A stretch of 64,000 nucleotides of DNA from Moniliella sp. 'wahieum' (Eukaryota): positions 620,001-684,000 of the forward strand of contig RSEE01000016.1 in NCBI GenBank assembly GCA_003971905.1, given 5' to 3'. The notes beneath the pieces were generated by a model. It had not been told where the DNA came from. It ran no database searches and saw only the letters and a list, made by a program, of their open reading frames with translations. The first letter of the stretch is position 1, and the number at the start of each line of letters is the position of its first letter. Below, in pieces: positions 37,614-49,250 of the stretch. The position numbers and the translations under genes were made by a program.

Positions 37614-37897
37614 ATGGCTTTCCTGTCTGAGGACCAGAAGGTATGAGTACTGCGTAGCCGGTGCGCACGACCCCACTCCCCCGCTGACTATCCCGCCAGG
37701 ACTACTCTCGCGTTTCATCGAGACCGGCAAGAGCATCCTCCACTATGGCTGGATCCCCTTTGTCCTCTACGTGGGCTACACCCGCTCCGTCCCCAGCCTA
37801 GCCTGATGAAGTAGTGCTCTCCGCTGCTTCCCCCCTCCGTGCGAGCTTGCTAACTGCTTTCATCCTCTGCTACAGACTCATCAGCCCACTGGCCTGA
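37614..37897 (+). CDS. TOM7: Mitochondrial import receptor subunit Tom7; introns 37641-37699, 37811-37875
   Basis: MAFLSEDQK|DY.SRFIETGKSILHYGWIPFVLYVGYTRSVP.PSLMK|LISPLA*, with the HYGWIP signature. Two small indels. Confidence 0.93.
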
Positions 37898-38068
37898 CAC
37901 CATCCGTCTCACACGACGGCCATCTAGAGTCCATCTCCCTTGTATTCTAGTCCCGACTTCCCACTGCTCTACTCATTCTCTTGTTCTCACTCTGTGCAAG
38001 GGGTTTTCCAATCGACAAGGTCCTTGTCGCGTTGATGGATTAGCGACGGGGACAACACAGGTGATCGA

Positions 38069-39189
38069 TCAGAAGTAGTCGGAGGGCAACGCAGTACATG
38101 CCAGACTGCTCTTGTCCTTGGCGTACAAGCGGGCCTCTCGTGCCTCTTGTGATGCCAGCGACTGGAGGCAACGCGGGAATACACCTGTCAGTCTGAGAGA
38201 GCCATAGGAAAACAAAAAAACAAAGGAAGAAGCTTGACGCACCTGTTCTGTGTTCCATTTCAGGTCCATCCACGGTTCTTGCTCGGCCTCCAGGAGAGGG
38301 GCAAGAATTTGTTCGCGCGAGGGGCACCAGGGCGGTGAAACTGGCCCCTCGACTATCGGCTGCTTGCTCACGAAGAGAGACTGTGATACTTCGCCCCTTG
38401 GCAGCGTTGGAAGTGGAAGAAGGCTCATCCGTCCCTCGCTGGGCCGCATCGTTCAAGTCGAGGTAATGCAAGGACGGACGAAGCTGGTGGACACTGTCCA
38501 AACTTGACAAGTGCAGAGCGCCTAAAGAGTTAAGTTAGTCATTGAATTGAATCCGTCTCGGAAACAGGAGGGAGTTGATAACGAACCTTCGTGCATGACG
38601 CCCACAAAGTAGCGTGTTGCATTAGGCACCAAGGTCGACTGCAGTCGGATCTTGTCGAGTTTTTTACCGCGAGGGCGGGTGGAGGCCGCGACGCCTCCGA
38701 GGAAAACAGATTCGTCGTCGGAATCTAGCTCTTTCTTGACCCGCGCCTTCTTTGGTGCTGCGGCAGCAACAACGTTCGCCCCCATCTCCTGGCCCGCTTC
38801 GGAATTGTACACTTTGGGTCTCGTGTCGAGGGGCACATCGACTTCCACCCAGTTGGCGCGCGGGCGCCAACGCGCCGCCAAGGATAAGTTTCGTTCGGCG
38901 GCCGAAGGGGGCATGGGAACGCTATCCCCGGCTGGATAGTTAGGATACTGGAACAGCGAGAGCGACTGCTTCGACCCATACGCCGAGGCACGAGAGAGGT
39001 AGACTGGAATCGAAGTCACCCCTTCCTCGTCCTCCTCTTCCTCCTCCGACTCGCTCACCACCTCCACCCCAACCAGTGGGTCCATGGCGGATGGGGCAGG
39101 GAGGGCGTCCATTTCGACATCGGACGAGTCGGCTCGGCGGTCTCGGCGGCGGGCGCGTTGCGGAAGAGAGGTGGGGCGTCGCTGGACAT
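38069..39189 (-). CDS. RPC37: RNA polymerase III subunit Rpc37 (RPC5/Sin-like); introns 38522-38586, 38162-38242
   Basis: Acidic stretch followed by SIPVYLS, LSLFQYP, ARWRP..NWVEVDVPLD, LQSTLVP, YFVGVMHEG|ALHLSSLDSVHQLRPSLHYLD and EPWMDL.W. Confidence 0.85.
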
Positions 39190-39548
39190 GTCCAAGAGTG
39201 AGGGCGGGGGATGGTCGCGTCGAAAAAAAAAGCAGCGGCAAACCCAGCTGGACGCTGGACAGCACTGCTACATTTCAAATGGCTGCTACCCAGCAAAAAG
39301 GCATCAGTAACGCAAGAGCCCTGAGATTGGCCGTACTATTTACATATAACGCACGCCCAACCACCGCAACCACACCCGCTGGCCCCCAGCGCTCCATGTA
39401 TGGCCTGAAACACAAAGCACCACCACCTACCCATCCTCCGTTCCAGCAACAACTACCATTAGATAGACACATGAACAAAGAGCAAGACAACGCCAACGGC
39501 ATCTTTTTGATTGGGGCAAGAGAGCGGAAGGGGGGGGGTTGGAGCGCA

Positions 39549-42500
39549 TCATGCCGGCGGCGCAACCAGCGAGTTGGATCGTAACAGCACGGGTGGGTCG
39601 CGCGGAACGAGCGAGGCGGGCGCACAGGCCAAATGCCATGCCTGTCCATTGCGCGCGAGCAGCACCGGAGCCGAAACGGGCAAGCGCACCATCTCAGTCC
39701 CGCGGCAGGCGCCGTCGGCCGTTGCGGACGCTGGTCGGCCCGGCCAGGCGCTCCCCAGCCCGTCCAGGTCGGCCGCGGACGGTGAGGTGGTGGTGCGGCG
39801 AATCGGTCCGGGGGGGCAAGGTGAAGTAATCGGTGATGGCCGCCGAGGCGTGAGGGTGAGGGTGGGACAAGAGAGGACCACCATTGCCGGCGCGACGACG
39901 ATCGTCCGATCCGTCGTCGGGTTTGAGCCCGTGCCGATGGTTGTCTCGCAAGGGGCCTTGCCCTTGTCGATCGCTGGGCTCGGCAGTCCGTCGAGGTAAG
40001 GTGCCGAGTTGCGCTTGGGCAGGCTCAACACGCTCCCCCGTGCCGTCACCACCGACGGCCGCCGTGGTTCCTGTGGGCTGGCGAGCGGGGGGAAACTGGT
40101 GGAGACAGGCGGGACGCCCGTGTGGGCACGCCCAGTAGGGAAAGAGACCTCTGGGGAGTTGACGACCCGTTCCTGGAAGGCCAGGCGTCAAGGACGGGGT
40201 CCAAGTCCCATTCCATTCCATTCCCATTCCCGCTCCCGCTCCCGTTCCCATCCCCATCCCCATTCGCATTCACATTGCCACTTCCATTTCCGGTCCCGTT
40301 GAGACTGGGCGAGAGAGGCGGGATGCCTAAGACGGGTGCGTCCAAGCTGGAAGGCGAGGAATAAAAGACGGGGAGACCACAACGGGCACACGAAGCTTTG
40401 TTCGGTTCCTGCTGGGGACGCCATCCGCTCCGACGCGCCCGGACCAGGCGTCAAACGCATCCGCCTCGTCCCTTTGCACCGCCCTCCGCGCCATATCCAA
40501 CTCGTCTGCCCGCGCACGGTACGCAGAGGCGATGGCTTGAACGATAGGCCGAATGTCGGCCGCGTACCGTACGCGGGAGGCTGGATAAGCCACCGCAAAG
40601 GCGCTACCTCTTTGCTTTCGGTCTCTTGGGGCGACGTATCCATACCGTCGCCCCAAAGAGCATGGATCAGAGCAGGGAAAGAGACCTGTTGCCCTACGGG
40701 AGCAGCCAAGATGGACGCCACCGTCTGCTCGGTCAGCTCGGCGGCGGCGGCAGCGGCCGGGTGTTCTTGCGTCCCATGCTGCGCTGGGCCAGGGCGACCA
40801 TATGGTTCAAACTGACCAGCGCGGCAACCAGCCGCGTCCATCGGTCTGATGAAGGAGGTTGCCCAGACACCGTTGACGCTTCGGCCGTCGTGATGATCCC
40901 CACGGCTCCAGCAAACGAAGAGCGTAACGCTTCGATCGAATCGCGTAGCGTCACTTCTCGTTCGCTCATTTGCAGCGCCACGGCCGCCGCCACACTCTGT
41001 CCCACCTCTGCGACAATCTTGTCGAGCATATCAATGCCCCATCGGGCCCATGCACCGCATTCGACGCCCATACCAACGCGTTGTAGACGTGGTCCTCCTC
41101 CGCCACAGTCACCACATGGTCCAAGTCAAACGTGCCCGGCGCAGAGGCCTGAAGAACATTCAACAAAGCCCCCGGCACCAGTCCGCTAACCAAGCTGATG
41201 TACAAATTGCCCGCGTCGGGGGAAGACGGTGGGGGGTCAAGGTGGCGCCTAAAGCTACCACGCCTGCCGAAGCGTGGGAAGCCGCTTTGGCTGCCTCGGC
41301 CGCTTCGGCCGCAGCAAGTCCTGATCATCTTGGACTCGCCCCGTAGGTGGCTCGGGTGCAGCCCACGGAAAGTAGCATGCCAGATAGGCCAGTTGGGTAG
41401 TCTCGGGGGCACTGCTAAGAAGCGAATCGAGAACGGCACTTTGCTGCGCAGACGCCACGTCGTCCATCAAGATGGCCGTTGTGCCACATCCAGCACCACC
41501 AACGTTCCAGCTGCGAGGCCAGCTGCTGCTCCAGCAAGGTACGCCGTGGGTCGTCACGAGGACACTGTGCAAAGATGGTTCGAATGTCGGTAAAGAACGA
41601 GGTGGGATCAACCTCCTCGGTGCCCGTCGTGCCCACCGTTGCGGTCGTGCCGACGCGCGAAGTAAATCCTTGCTCGGCCTGGGCGTTTTGCAGCACAAGG
41701 CCCAAGAGTTTGTCCCACACTTTGGCACGGCGGTAACAGCGAGCGAGCAGGCGGGTAAATCCGGCCGCTTCAAACAGAGGGATGAGGGACTCGATGCCGC
41801 CTGCAACCGAATTGGCCAGTAAACTCTCGGCGGCCAGTTCGCGGTCGGCTAGGGTGTCTTCCTCGCCATGCGAAGAAAGACGCTGGAGAATGGCCTTGAC
41901 CGCTTCGGGGGAAAGGGTGATGAACTGGGGGTATTTGGGCGTGTTACGGGCGATAAAAATGTCGATCAGCAACCCGGTTGTAGTGCTGGCGGCGTCCGGG
42001 CCGTTGGACCCAGCCGGGCGGGACACCCGCCTCGCAGAAATGGTGAGCAAGACATCGGTGATCTGTTGTCGCGTAATGACCGCCGTATCGGTCTCGTCCA
42101 AGTACGAGTCCTCCATGGCCAGATCAATCACGTCCAGCAACGCTTCCGCATCGAGGGAAAGAAGGATGTGGAGCAGAGGATAGCCAACGGGTGTAGTTGG
42201 GTGCTCGGATGGGCGGTCCGAAGACGAGGAGGAGTGGGGGGGCAGAGTGGGTGCAGACTGAGCCCAGTGAGCATCAGTCGGAGCAAACAAGGTGTGGTAG
42301 ATCTGAGCGCGTGCCTCACTCGCCAACGGTTCGCCGAGCGGCCGTTGACTGGGGTACTGGCGCCCGACCAGGCTGACCGAGAGGTAGGAAAAGATCTTGT
42401 ACGCATTGGCCCGGCGCTCCTCTTCCGCCGCCTCATTCGCCTCGAGATGGAGGAGACGCCGGACAAGGTCGCCCAGCTCGACCAGCGGGGCAGCAAAGTC

Positions 42501-45500
42501 GTGCAGGCCCTGATTGAGGACGTAGACCAACGCATACAGTCCATGGGTTTGGCATACGCCCAAGACCTGATCCAGGTCCAAACAGGTGACCTGCACGTGC
42601 CACACCAGCCGCGCCGCCTCGTCGTACTCCCCCCGGGCGGTATGGAAGGTAAGCAACCGTTGAACCACTTCGGGCGGCAAGGTGGCCATGCGACTCGCCA
42701 GGATAAACCGCTCCATTTGCGCCACAAACAAGTCTTCGATCCCGGCGTTGGTGTAGCGTTCGTACAGGTCCGACCAGAGGAACTGCGTGTCGCCCAGGTC
42801 GAGGCAAGCCTCAGCGCACGTACGTGCCAACAACTCGAAAAATTCCGTCCGGTCCACCCCGCGGCCATCGAGACTGACATGGGTCGAGTCACGGAAACGT
42901 TCTTCGCTGAACGCGTAGGCTGCAGATGCCTGCATCAGCTCGAGCAGGCGCCCACCGACGCGCTCATGCCGTTCCTCCGTGGTGCGGGGGAGCCCGTAAC
43001 TAAAGAACGGATGGGCGCCTAGGTAGTACGCCGTGGCCAAGCGGATCGCAGAGATAAAGTTGCCCTGGGACACCAGCGCCAGCAAGTGGTCCGCCCATGA
43101 CAGCAGCGTGCCTACAGCGACTTGGCTAGCCGTCTTTGGTTTGGGGGGGGGGAAGGTCAGCGATAAGGACTGGGCACAAACAAGGGGGGGGGGGGGGGGG
43201 GGGGGGGGTGAAACGTACCAAAACAAACACCCTGTGTCCCGCAATTGCCAAGCTCATCCCGATCGACGAAGCGGGTCGATGGAGGGTAAGGGTGGGTCCC
43301 GCAGTACCGGGACGGGGGCAGCCAAGGATGGGCGAGTACTTCAGAGAGCGGGTGCGGGCGAGGGGCAGTGTGGCGCAACGCATGCACTTGCGTATCAAAC
43401 AAGGAAAATGTAGAAGCGCCCACGATGAGCAAGAGCTCGGGGTCGAGCCAACGGAGTGCCAGCGGGGCTTCGGGAAGAGACACGAGGTCGTGCTCAATCA
43501 GTTCCACATGTTCACCTTGAGCGCTGCCGGAGGAATCCCCCACGGGCCGTCGTGCGGCAGCAACCGACAGTTCGAGTAGAGTTAGCTCAGTGCCCAGCGT
43601 ACACGCAAGTGTCGGCCGCTTGCCTTCGGCCGCCGGGCGCCATGCCACGGCCGCAGCCAAGACAGCTGGACTGGTGGGAGACGACCCGGAAGGCGGTACG
43701 TGGGGGGCTTTGTGTCGCCACCACGTTCGGGCGACTGGCTTGATCGCACAGAGCACCACTTTGTCCGGGGCAGCGATGGCAATGAAGAGGTGGCCATCGC
43801 TCAGTGAGAAGCAGTGCCGAGCGGGAGAGCGGCCATGTCGAGGATGGTGGAATGAGATTCGGAAGAAGACGAGGCAGGGTAGCGACCAAAGATGCGGAGT
43901 GTGTCGTTAGAACTGACCCCCAGAATCTTTCCCAGCGAATGGTAGAATGCCAGTCCAGTGTGGTCCGCCGAGACGATGGCAGTGTGCCGCGCTCCCAGGA
44001 AGGACAGACGCACAATCCGCGAGCCCGCCAGATGGCCTTCCCTTCGACCGCTGCGAACTGCACTGAGCAGAACGGGGGCAACGTGCCGCGCAGGATCGAG
44101 GTTTGGCCAGGTCCCAGAGAACAATGTGTCCATTGGAATGGCCCACTCCTACAAAGGTGCCATCGTGAGAAAGGAGAGCGCTGTCACTTCTCCTGGGGCG
44201 TCGGCCGCTTGTTTGCCCGCCAAGAGAAGGTGGGCATGAAGATGCTGCGCATACGTAAAGACAAATGTCTCGCCCGACGTGAGACCCACCGCGATGAGCC
44301 CATGCGAGGTCAATGGCCGTCGGCGTTGCCCGAGCTCGTGCGGTGGGTCGAGACCTTGGTGGGCAGTGTCGAGACGAGCTTCGTATTCTTGCTCTGCCAT
44401 CACCTCCGTCTCACGTGCGCTGCGCCGCGGGGAGGGGGAGGGAAGACGGCCCGGTTGACTTGACGCATGGTGGACCAGTGAAATAGGTCTTGTTGTCGAG
44501 CGCGAGCAGATGTGCACCGGCACCTTGGGTCAGGGGCACGCCCTTGCCATCAAATGCACGACTGTCAAACTCTTGGGAAACTGTCCTTGGCTCTTGTCGG
44601 CATCCAAGGGCAAGGAGGTGTGCACAGCGTTAGCCGTAGCAAACGAAAGGATACTGGTTACGCTCCCCCTTCGGCTCAAGGGCGCCTCTGGAGCACCCCA
44701 CGGGTAAAACCGGTTGGAAGGAAGAGCAGAGGTGCCAAGGGTAGAAACGCTCCCGCTGCGAGGGCGGGAGGAAGAAACGTTCTCCTCGGTCCGAACACTG
44801 GTGCTACTGGGTGCACGAGAACGGGTGCGGGAGCCAGAACGAGAACGGGAACGGGAACGGGAGCGGGAGCGGGAACGAGTACGATCTGCTGAGACCGATG
44901 GGGCCGAGAGAGAAGCGGCACTGCTATTGGCACGGGTGCTCGTATCCGACACGAGCGGAGCCGCTCGCAAACGCATTAAGGCCGGAAATTCTTTGGGTCG
45001 TTGCCGATCGGCGCGAATCTTGTCGGAGCGGACGTGGGAATGGGCAAACTTTGGTCCAGCCCGGTCACCCACCCTGGGGCTGGGGCCGGAGCTGGGGCTG
45101 GGGCCGGATCTGGGTCCGGGACCGATGTGGATGAGGGCGATGGAGATGGTGTGCGGATACTGCGTCCCGAATTGGCTTGTGGAGACAGAGGCATAGCCTG
45201 CTCCCCAGAGGGTTTGGGGGGAGGGTTGGATTTGGGACATGTGGTGGTGAAGGAGGGCGGGGGGACGTCTGCTCCAATGTCGCGGAGAAGCGACCTTACC
45301 CCTGAGGAGGCCGAGAGATGGGGAGGCAGAAGAGGGGCCGCGGCAGCCTCTGCTACAGGCGGGGACCGCGGAGGCGCCGGAAGGTCGGGCGTAAGTTGGA
45401 CAGGAGACAGGCTCTTGGGCGGCAACTGCGGCGACGGCGATGTAGCATGCGAAGTGACGGATACTGGGGCAGCACTGGGGCCGGGCTGGACGGCAGATCT

Positions 45501-46035
45501 TGATCTTGCGAAGGATGAGAACCATCCGACTCTTGCGGCTCCTGCGATAGATCGACAGATGCGACAGATGCGAGTCCTCCGATACGGCCTCCGTGTCGGC
45601 ATCGGATCCAAGGACGTCCTTGAGCTCAGCGAGATAGGCATCGTCCCCATCGTCTTCGTCGGACAGGGGAGCGGCGTGTCCATTGGGCAGGCGAGGAGGA
45701 GGACAGATCGGACATCGGCCGATTGCAGGTCGATCGACCCTTGGTCCAGGTCATCCGACCCGTCCGACTCGCCTGACACATCTGACCCAGCGCGTGCACA
45801 GCGCTGGTGCTGGTGCTGGAGTTGGTTCGGGTGCTGGTGCTGGTGCTGGAAGGGCGGCCCAGGCGGAGGTGCATCGGTGGGCTGGAGGAGCGGGCAAGAG
45901 CGGGAGAAGAAGCAGCGATGGGAGGGCTGCCAACGCCATTGGCAGGCCGGGAGGCGCGCGGGGTCCTCTGCGTCGGCCGAAGCGTCGAAAGGATGTCGGC
46001 CAGGTCGCGCTCGTAGCGCCGTCTTCGTCGGCCAT
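39549..46035 (-). CDS. VPS8: Vacuolar protein sorting-associated protein 8 (CORVET subunit); intron 43134-43218
   Basis: WD40 region LIAVGLTSGETFVF, VTALSFSHDGTFVGVGHSNGHI.LWDL, EGHL.GS.I..LSFLG.RHTAIVSAD..GLAFYH; SWADHLL...AIRLA..YY; core GRGVDRT..FE.L...C..AC, LPPEVVQ.L, CLDLDQV...C..HGLY; C-terminal GWRP...CARC. Start and end are approximate because of many frameshifts. Confidence 0.88.
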
Positions 46036-46368
46036 GGCCAGTGCGGAAGAGGCAGCGGGACGCGGGGAACGAGGGGGCGGGGGCGTGAGGCGAGCAGCGA
46101 GCGTGTTGGCGTGGCGTCGGCGGAGGCGGAGGCGTAGCGCGCGCTCCCCGCTCCACCGCCAGCACCCGATAATCGCAGCTGCCGCCTCTCGCCTCCCTGC
46201 CGCCCCGCTCGCACCGGGCGGAATGCCCCGGCGGAATCACCCCTGCTGTGGGTAGTTGCGCTGGCCAGCTATACCAGGTAGGTGATGCCCTCTCCCGCCT
46301 CCTTGCCAGCACCGCCGCCACCCACACCACCACCAACCACCACCACCACCACCACCACCGCCACCACC

Positions 46369-48457
46369 ATGGACGACGGGCGGCACCAGTGCGCACCTCT
46401 CTGTGCCCGCCGCAGCTGCTTCCGCTGCCCCTGCATCGACCGCACCAGCGAGTCCGCGTCGCCCAGTATGGGCGGAGCGGCGCTGCCGCGTTCGACCTCT
46501 CGGGCCGGGTCGGCGGCGCCGTCGTCGGTTGCCGCGGGCGCACCTATTGGGCTCTCTCTGCCCACCCGAACCACCAGTGCTGGTGGAGGAGGTGCCAAGA
46601 AGAAGAAAGGGAAGGCGGCTCAAGGTGCCTTCCGCAAAAACCAAGCTGGCCTAGCGACCTTGGCCGGTCCCAAAACGCGGCGTACATGCAAGGCTACTCT
46701 CGCGAATTGGACAGCAGTGATGATGAGACTGGTCCCGGGGTAGCGTTTGAGGAGCAAATTATTCTTCGCTTGCCGCCCGGCCCCGAGACGCGCGCTTGCG
46801 CGAGTTGGTCCGGACCCGGCGCGCTGGGCGATCCAGGTGCGCCACCGGTTGGTTCAAGTTTAAAGATTCGCGTCGGGCCGTGGTACGCGTACAGACAACT
46901 GTTTGCGGCCAAGCTTGGTCGATTTGCCCACGATTAGCGAGACGCACAAACGATGGACAATAAAACTTTGTCAAGTCGGCCGCATTTCTCAGATGCTGCT
47001 TGCCACCCATCGCATCCATGACGAGGCGAAGCCATGGCCTATACCAACTCTAATGGGTCCCACTGTGGACGAGACGAGGCACGCATTGTGGAAGCACTGC
47101 AGGCTGAAGTAGATGCCAAAGCGCGTGAGGCTGGCTTTGCCCGCCCGTGCCAGGCGCCGGGGCGAGTGGTGGCTCGAGCGGTACGCAGGCGCATGGCCAG
47201 GGAGCAGCGGCCCATGCCGGCTTTGATAGCGCGACTTTCTCTATCCACATGGGCTGACACCGCCCATGGCATGGGCACGACAGCGACGTTTCCGCCCACG
47301 TCTGTCGCGCAACAAAAACGGCGTTCTGAACGAGGTGGATCGTCTGTTGGCCGACGACGACGAGCGGATGAGGTGAAACCGAGTTGATGGACGCAGCCGA
47401 GGCCGAGGCAGAAATTGCGGCGGCGGCAGCGCAGCAGCGGCACCGCAGGGGCGGATGGGGACGCGGAAGATGCTTCGGCTTTGGGGCAGAAGGGGAGGAA
47501 GTGGATCGGATTTGGCCGCGGCGCTGGATGCTGTGCTGGATGGGGACGACGATGACAACTCGGACGCCATGAGCGCTACAGCGTCGGTTCACTGCTTCCC
47601 TCTTGTCTGGACGCTTGGGCGGGCGCGGGCGGCAGCGTTGGTGAAGTGAGCGATGAAGAGGAGGAGGAGGATGACGATGATGAGTGGACTATGATCTGTT
47701 GATGGTGCCTCGGGCGCCGACGACGAAGATGGGGATGATGGCGACGATGATGGCAAGAGGAGCTGCACGAGTTCCGCGCTCGTCAGCGTCAATTGGCCAA
47801 GAGATTCGTGAAATTGAAGCGTTGGTCAAACGGAGGGGGGACGAGTTGGAGCGGCACAAGAACCCGTTGCTCAAGCAACGAGCTCAGACCACATTGGACA
47901 AGACGCGTGCCGAGTTGGAGGCCAAACGGGCGCAACTGGCGGCCGTATCGGAGAACGAGGACGCGTGCGCGCGGATGCGGCCGAGCAGGAGGAAGAGGCA
48001 GCGCTTGCGGCCATGCCGCACAAGCCGACCGGACCGACTCGGAGCAGCCCGAAGCGCCGCGGGCCAGGAAGGAGGTCCACTGCGTCGGAAACCCGGGCGG
48101 TTGCTCATCCTACGGCGCCTACCGGCGGCAAGCCCTCGCCTCCCGCCCATTCCCATTCCCATTCCCATTCCCCCCACGTCAGCCTGCACCCTCGCCCCCA
48201 TGCTCCCCCCACATGCCTGCCCCCGAGACGGCGTATCTGCCCGAGCCACTGGCTGCACCGCCACCATTATCGGTGGCGCCCAGCGCTGCTGCTGCTGCTG
48301 CTGCTGGGGCACCGGCCGCAGCGCCTGCAGCTGGCGGCTTGACTGGGGCTGGAGGATGGATGGGCTGGATGCAGATGCGGATGCGGATGCGGAGGGCGAG
48401 GCGGATGTGGATGCCGAGGGAAGCGAGGATGATCTGTTTGGCGGGGGCGATGAGTGA
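46369..48457 (+). CDS. TAF7: TFIID subunit 7 (TAFII55 N-terminal domain)
   Basis: YSRELDSSDDE..FEEQIILRLP, WFKFKDSRRAV, FAAKLVDLPTISETHKT, ISQMLL, YPHGLTPPM.WARQRRFR and C-terminal NPLLKQR coiled coil. Divergent from VPS8 with about 330 bp between starts. Confidence 0.88.
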
Positions 48458-49250
48458 TGGGGATCGATGAGGTGGCCGAAGCAAATGGATATTGGATGGA
48501 TGAGATGACACCAACCTACGTAGTTTCAGGGCCAGCCGATCTCGAGATCGGCGATGGATGATGGAGATGGATGATCGGCGGCCCCCGGACACCGGACGCT
48601 GAGAGCTGATCCCCAATCGATCATCTCCGACAGGGCATGGCGGCGGAGGCAGAGAGGAGATGCAGATGCTGGATGATGCATGATGGATGATGCATGATGT
48701 GCGCGCCGCCTCGGAGATGGGTTCGATGTGGCACCCGGGGGCGCTGCCCAGCACAGCCTACCAGAGCATGGCAGCGCATGAGCGGCGCAGGCACAGCGGC
48801 AGGGTGCGGTGCTCGGCATGTTACCCGCTCGGGAGGGCGTGGAGGATGCAGTGATGCTGCAGGCGTCTGGTGCCTGGCCGCTGCTCACCGGTGAGCGATG
48901 CCGGGTGGCGGCAGGCGGGGCAGGCGCTGCGGCACAGTGTGCCACCGCTGGCGCCAGGCGCGGGGCCAGTGGGGCGCGAGGGTGGGGCTGCCCCGGGGCT
49001 GCGCAGTGCGAGTCACTGGCACTAGTCACGCCGATCGAACTGGGGCCCGGGCCGAGGAGCAGCAAGGGGCAGCAAGGCAGCAAGGGCAGCGGGCAGCAAC
49101 GCAGCACGCGGCAGCGCACAGCAGCACGGGGGCGCCCGGCGCGGCTGCTCGTGCGCTTGCCATCCAAGGCGCTGCGCTCACTGGGCGGGGCGGCGGGCTG
49201 GCTTGGCCTGCTGCGTCCACTCCGCCAGGCCTCGGCTGTCGGCCAAGTAC

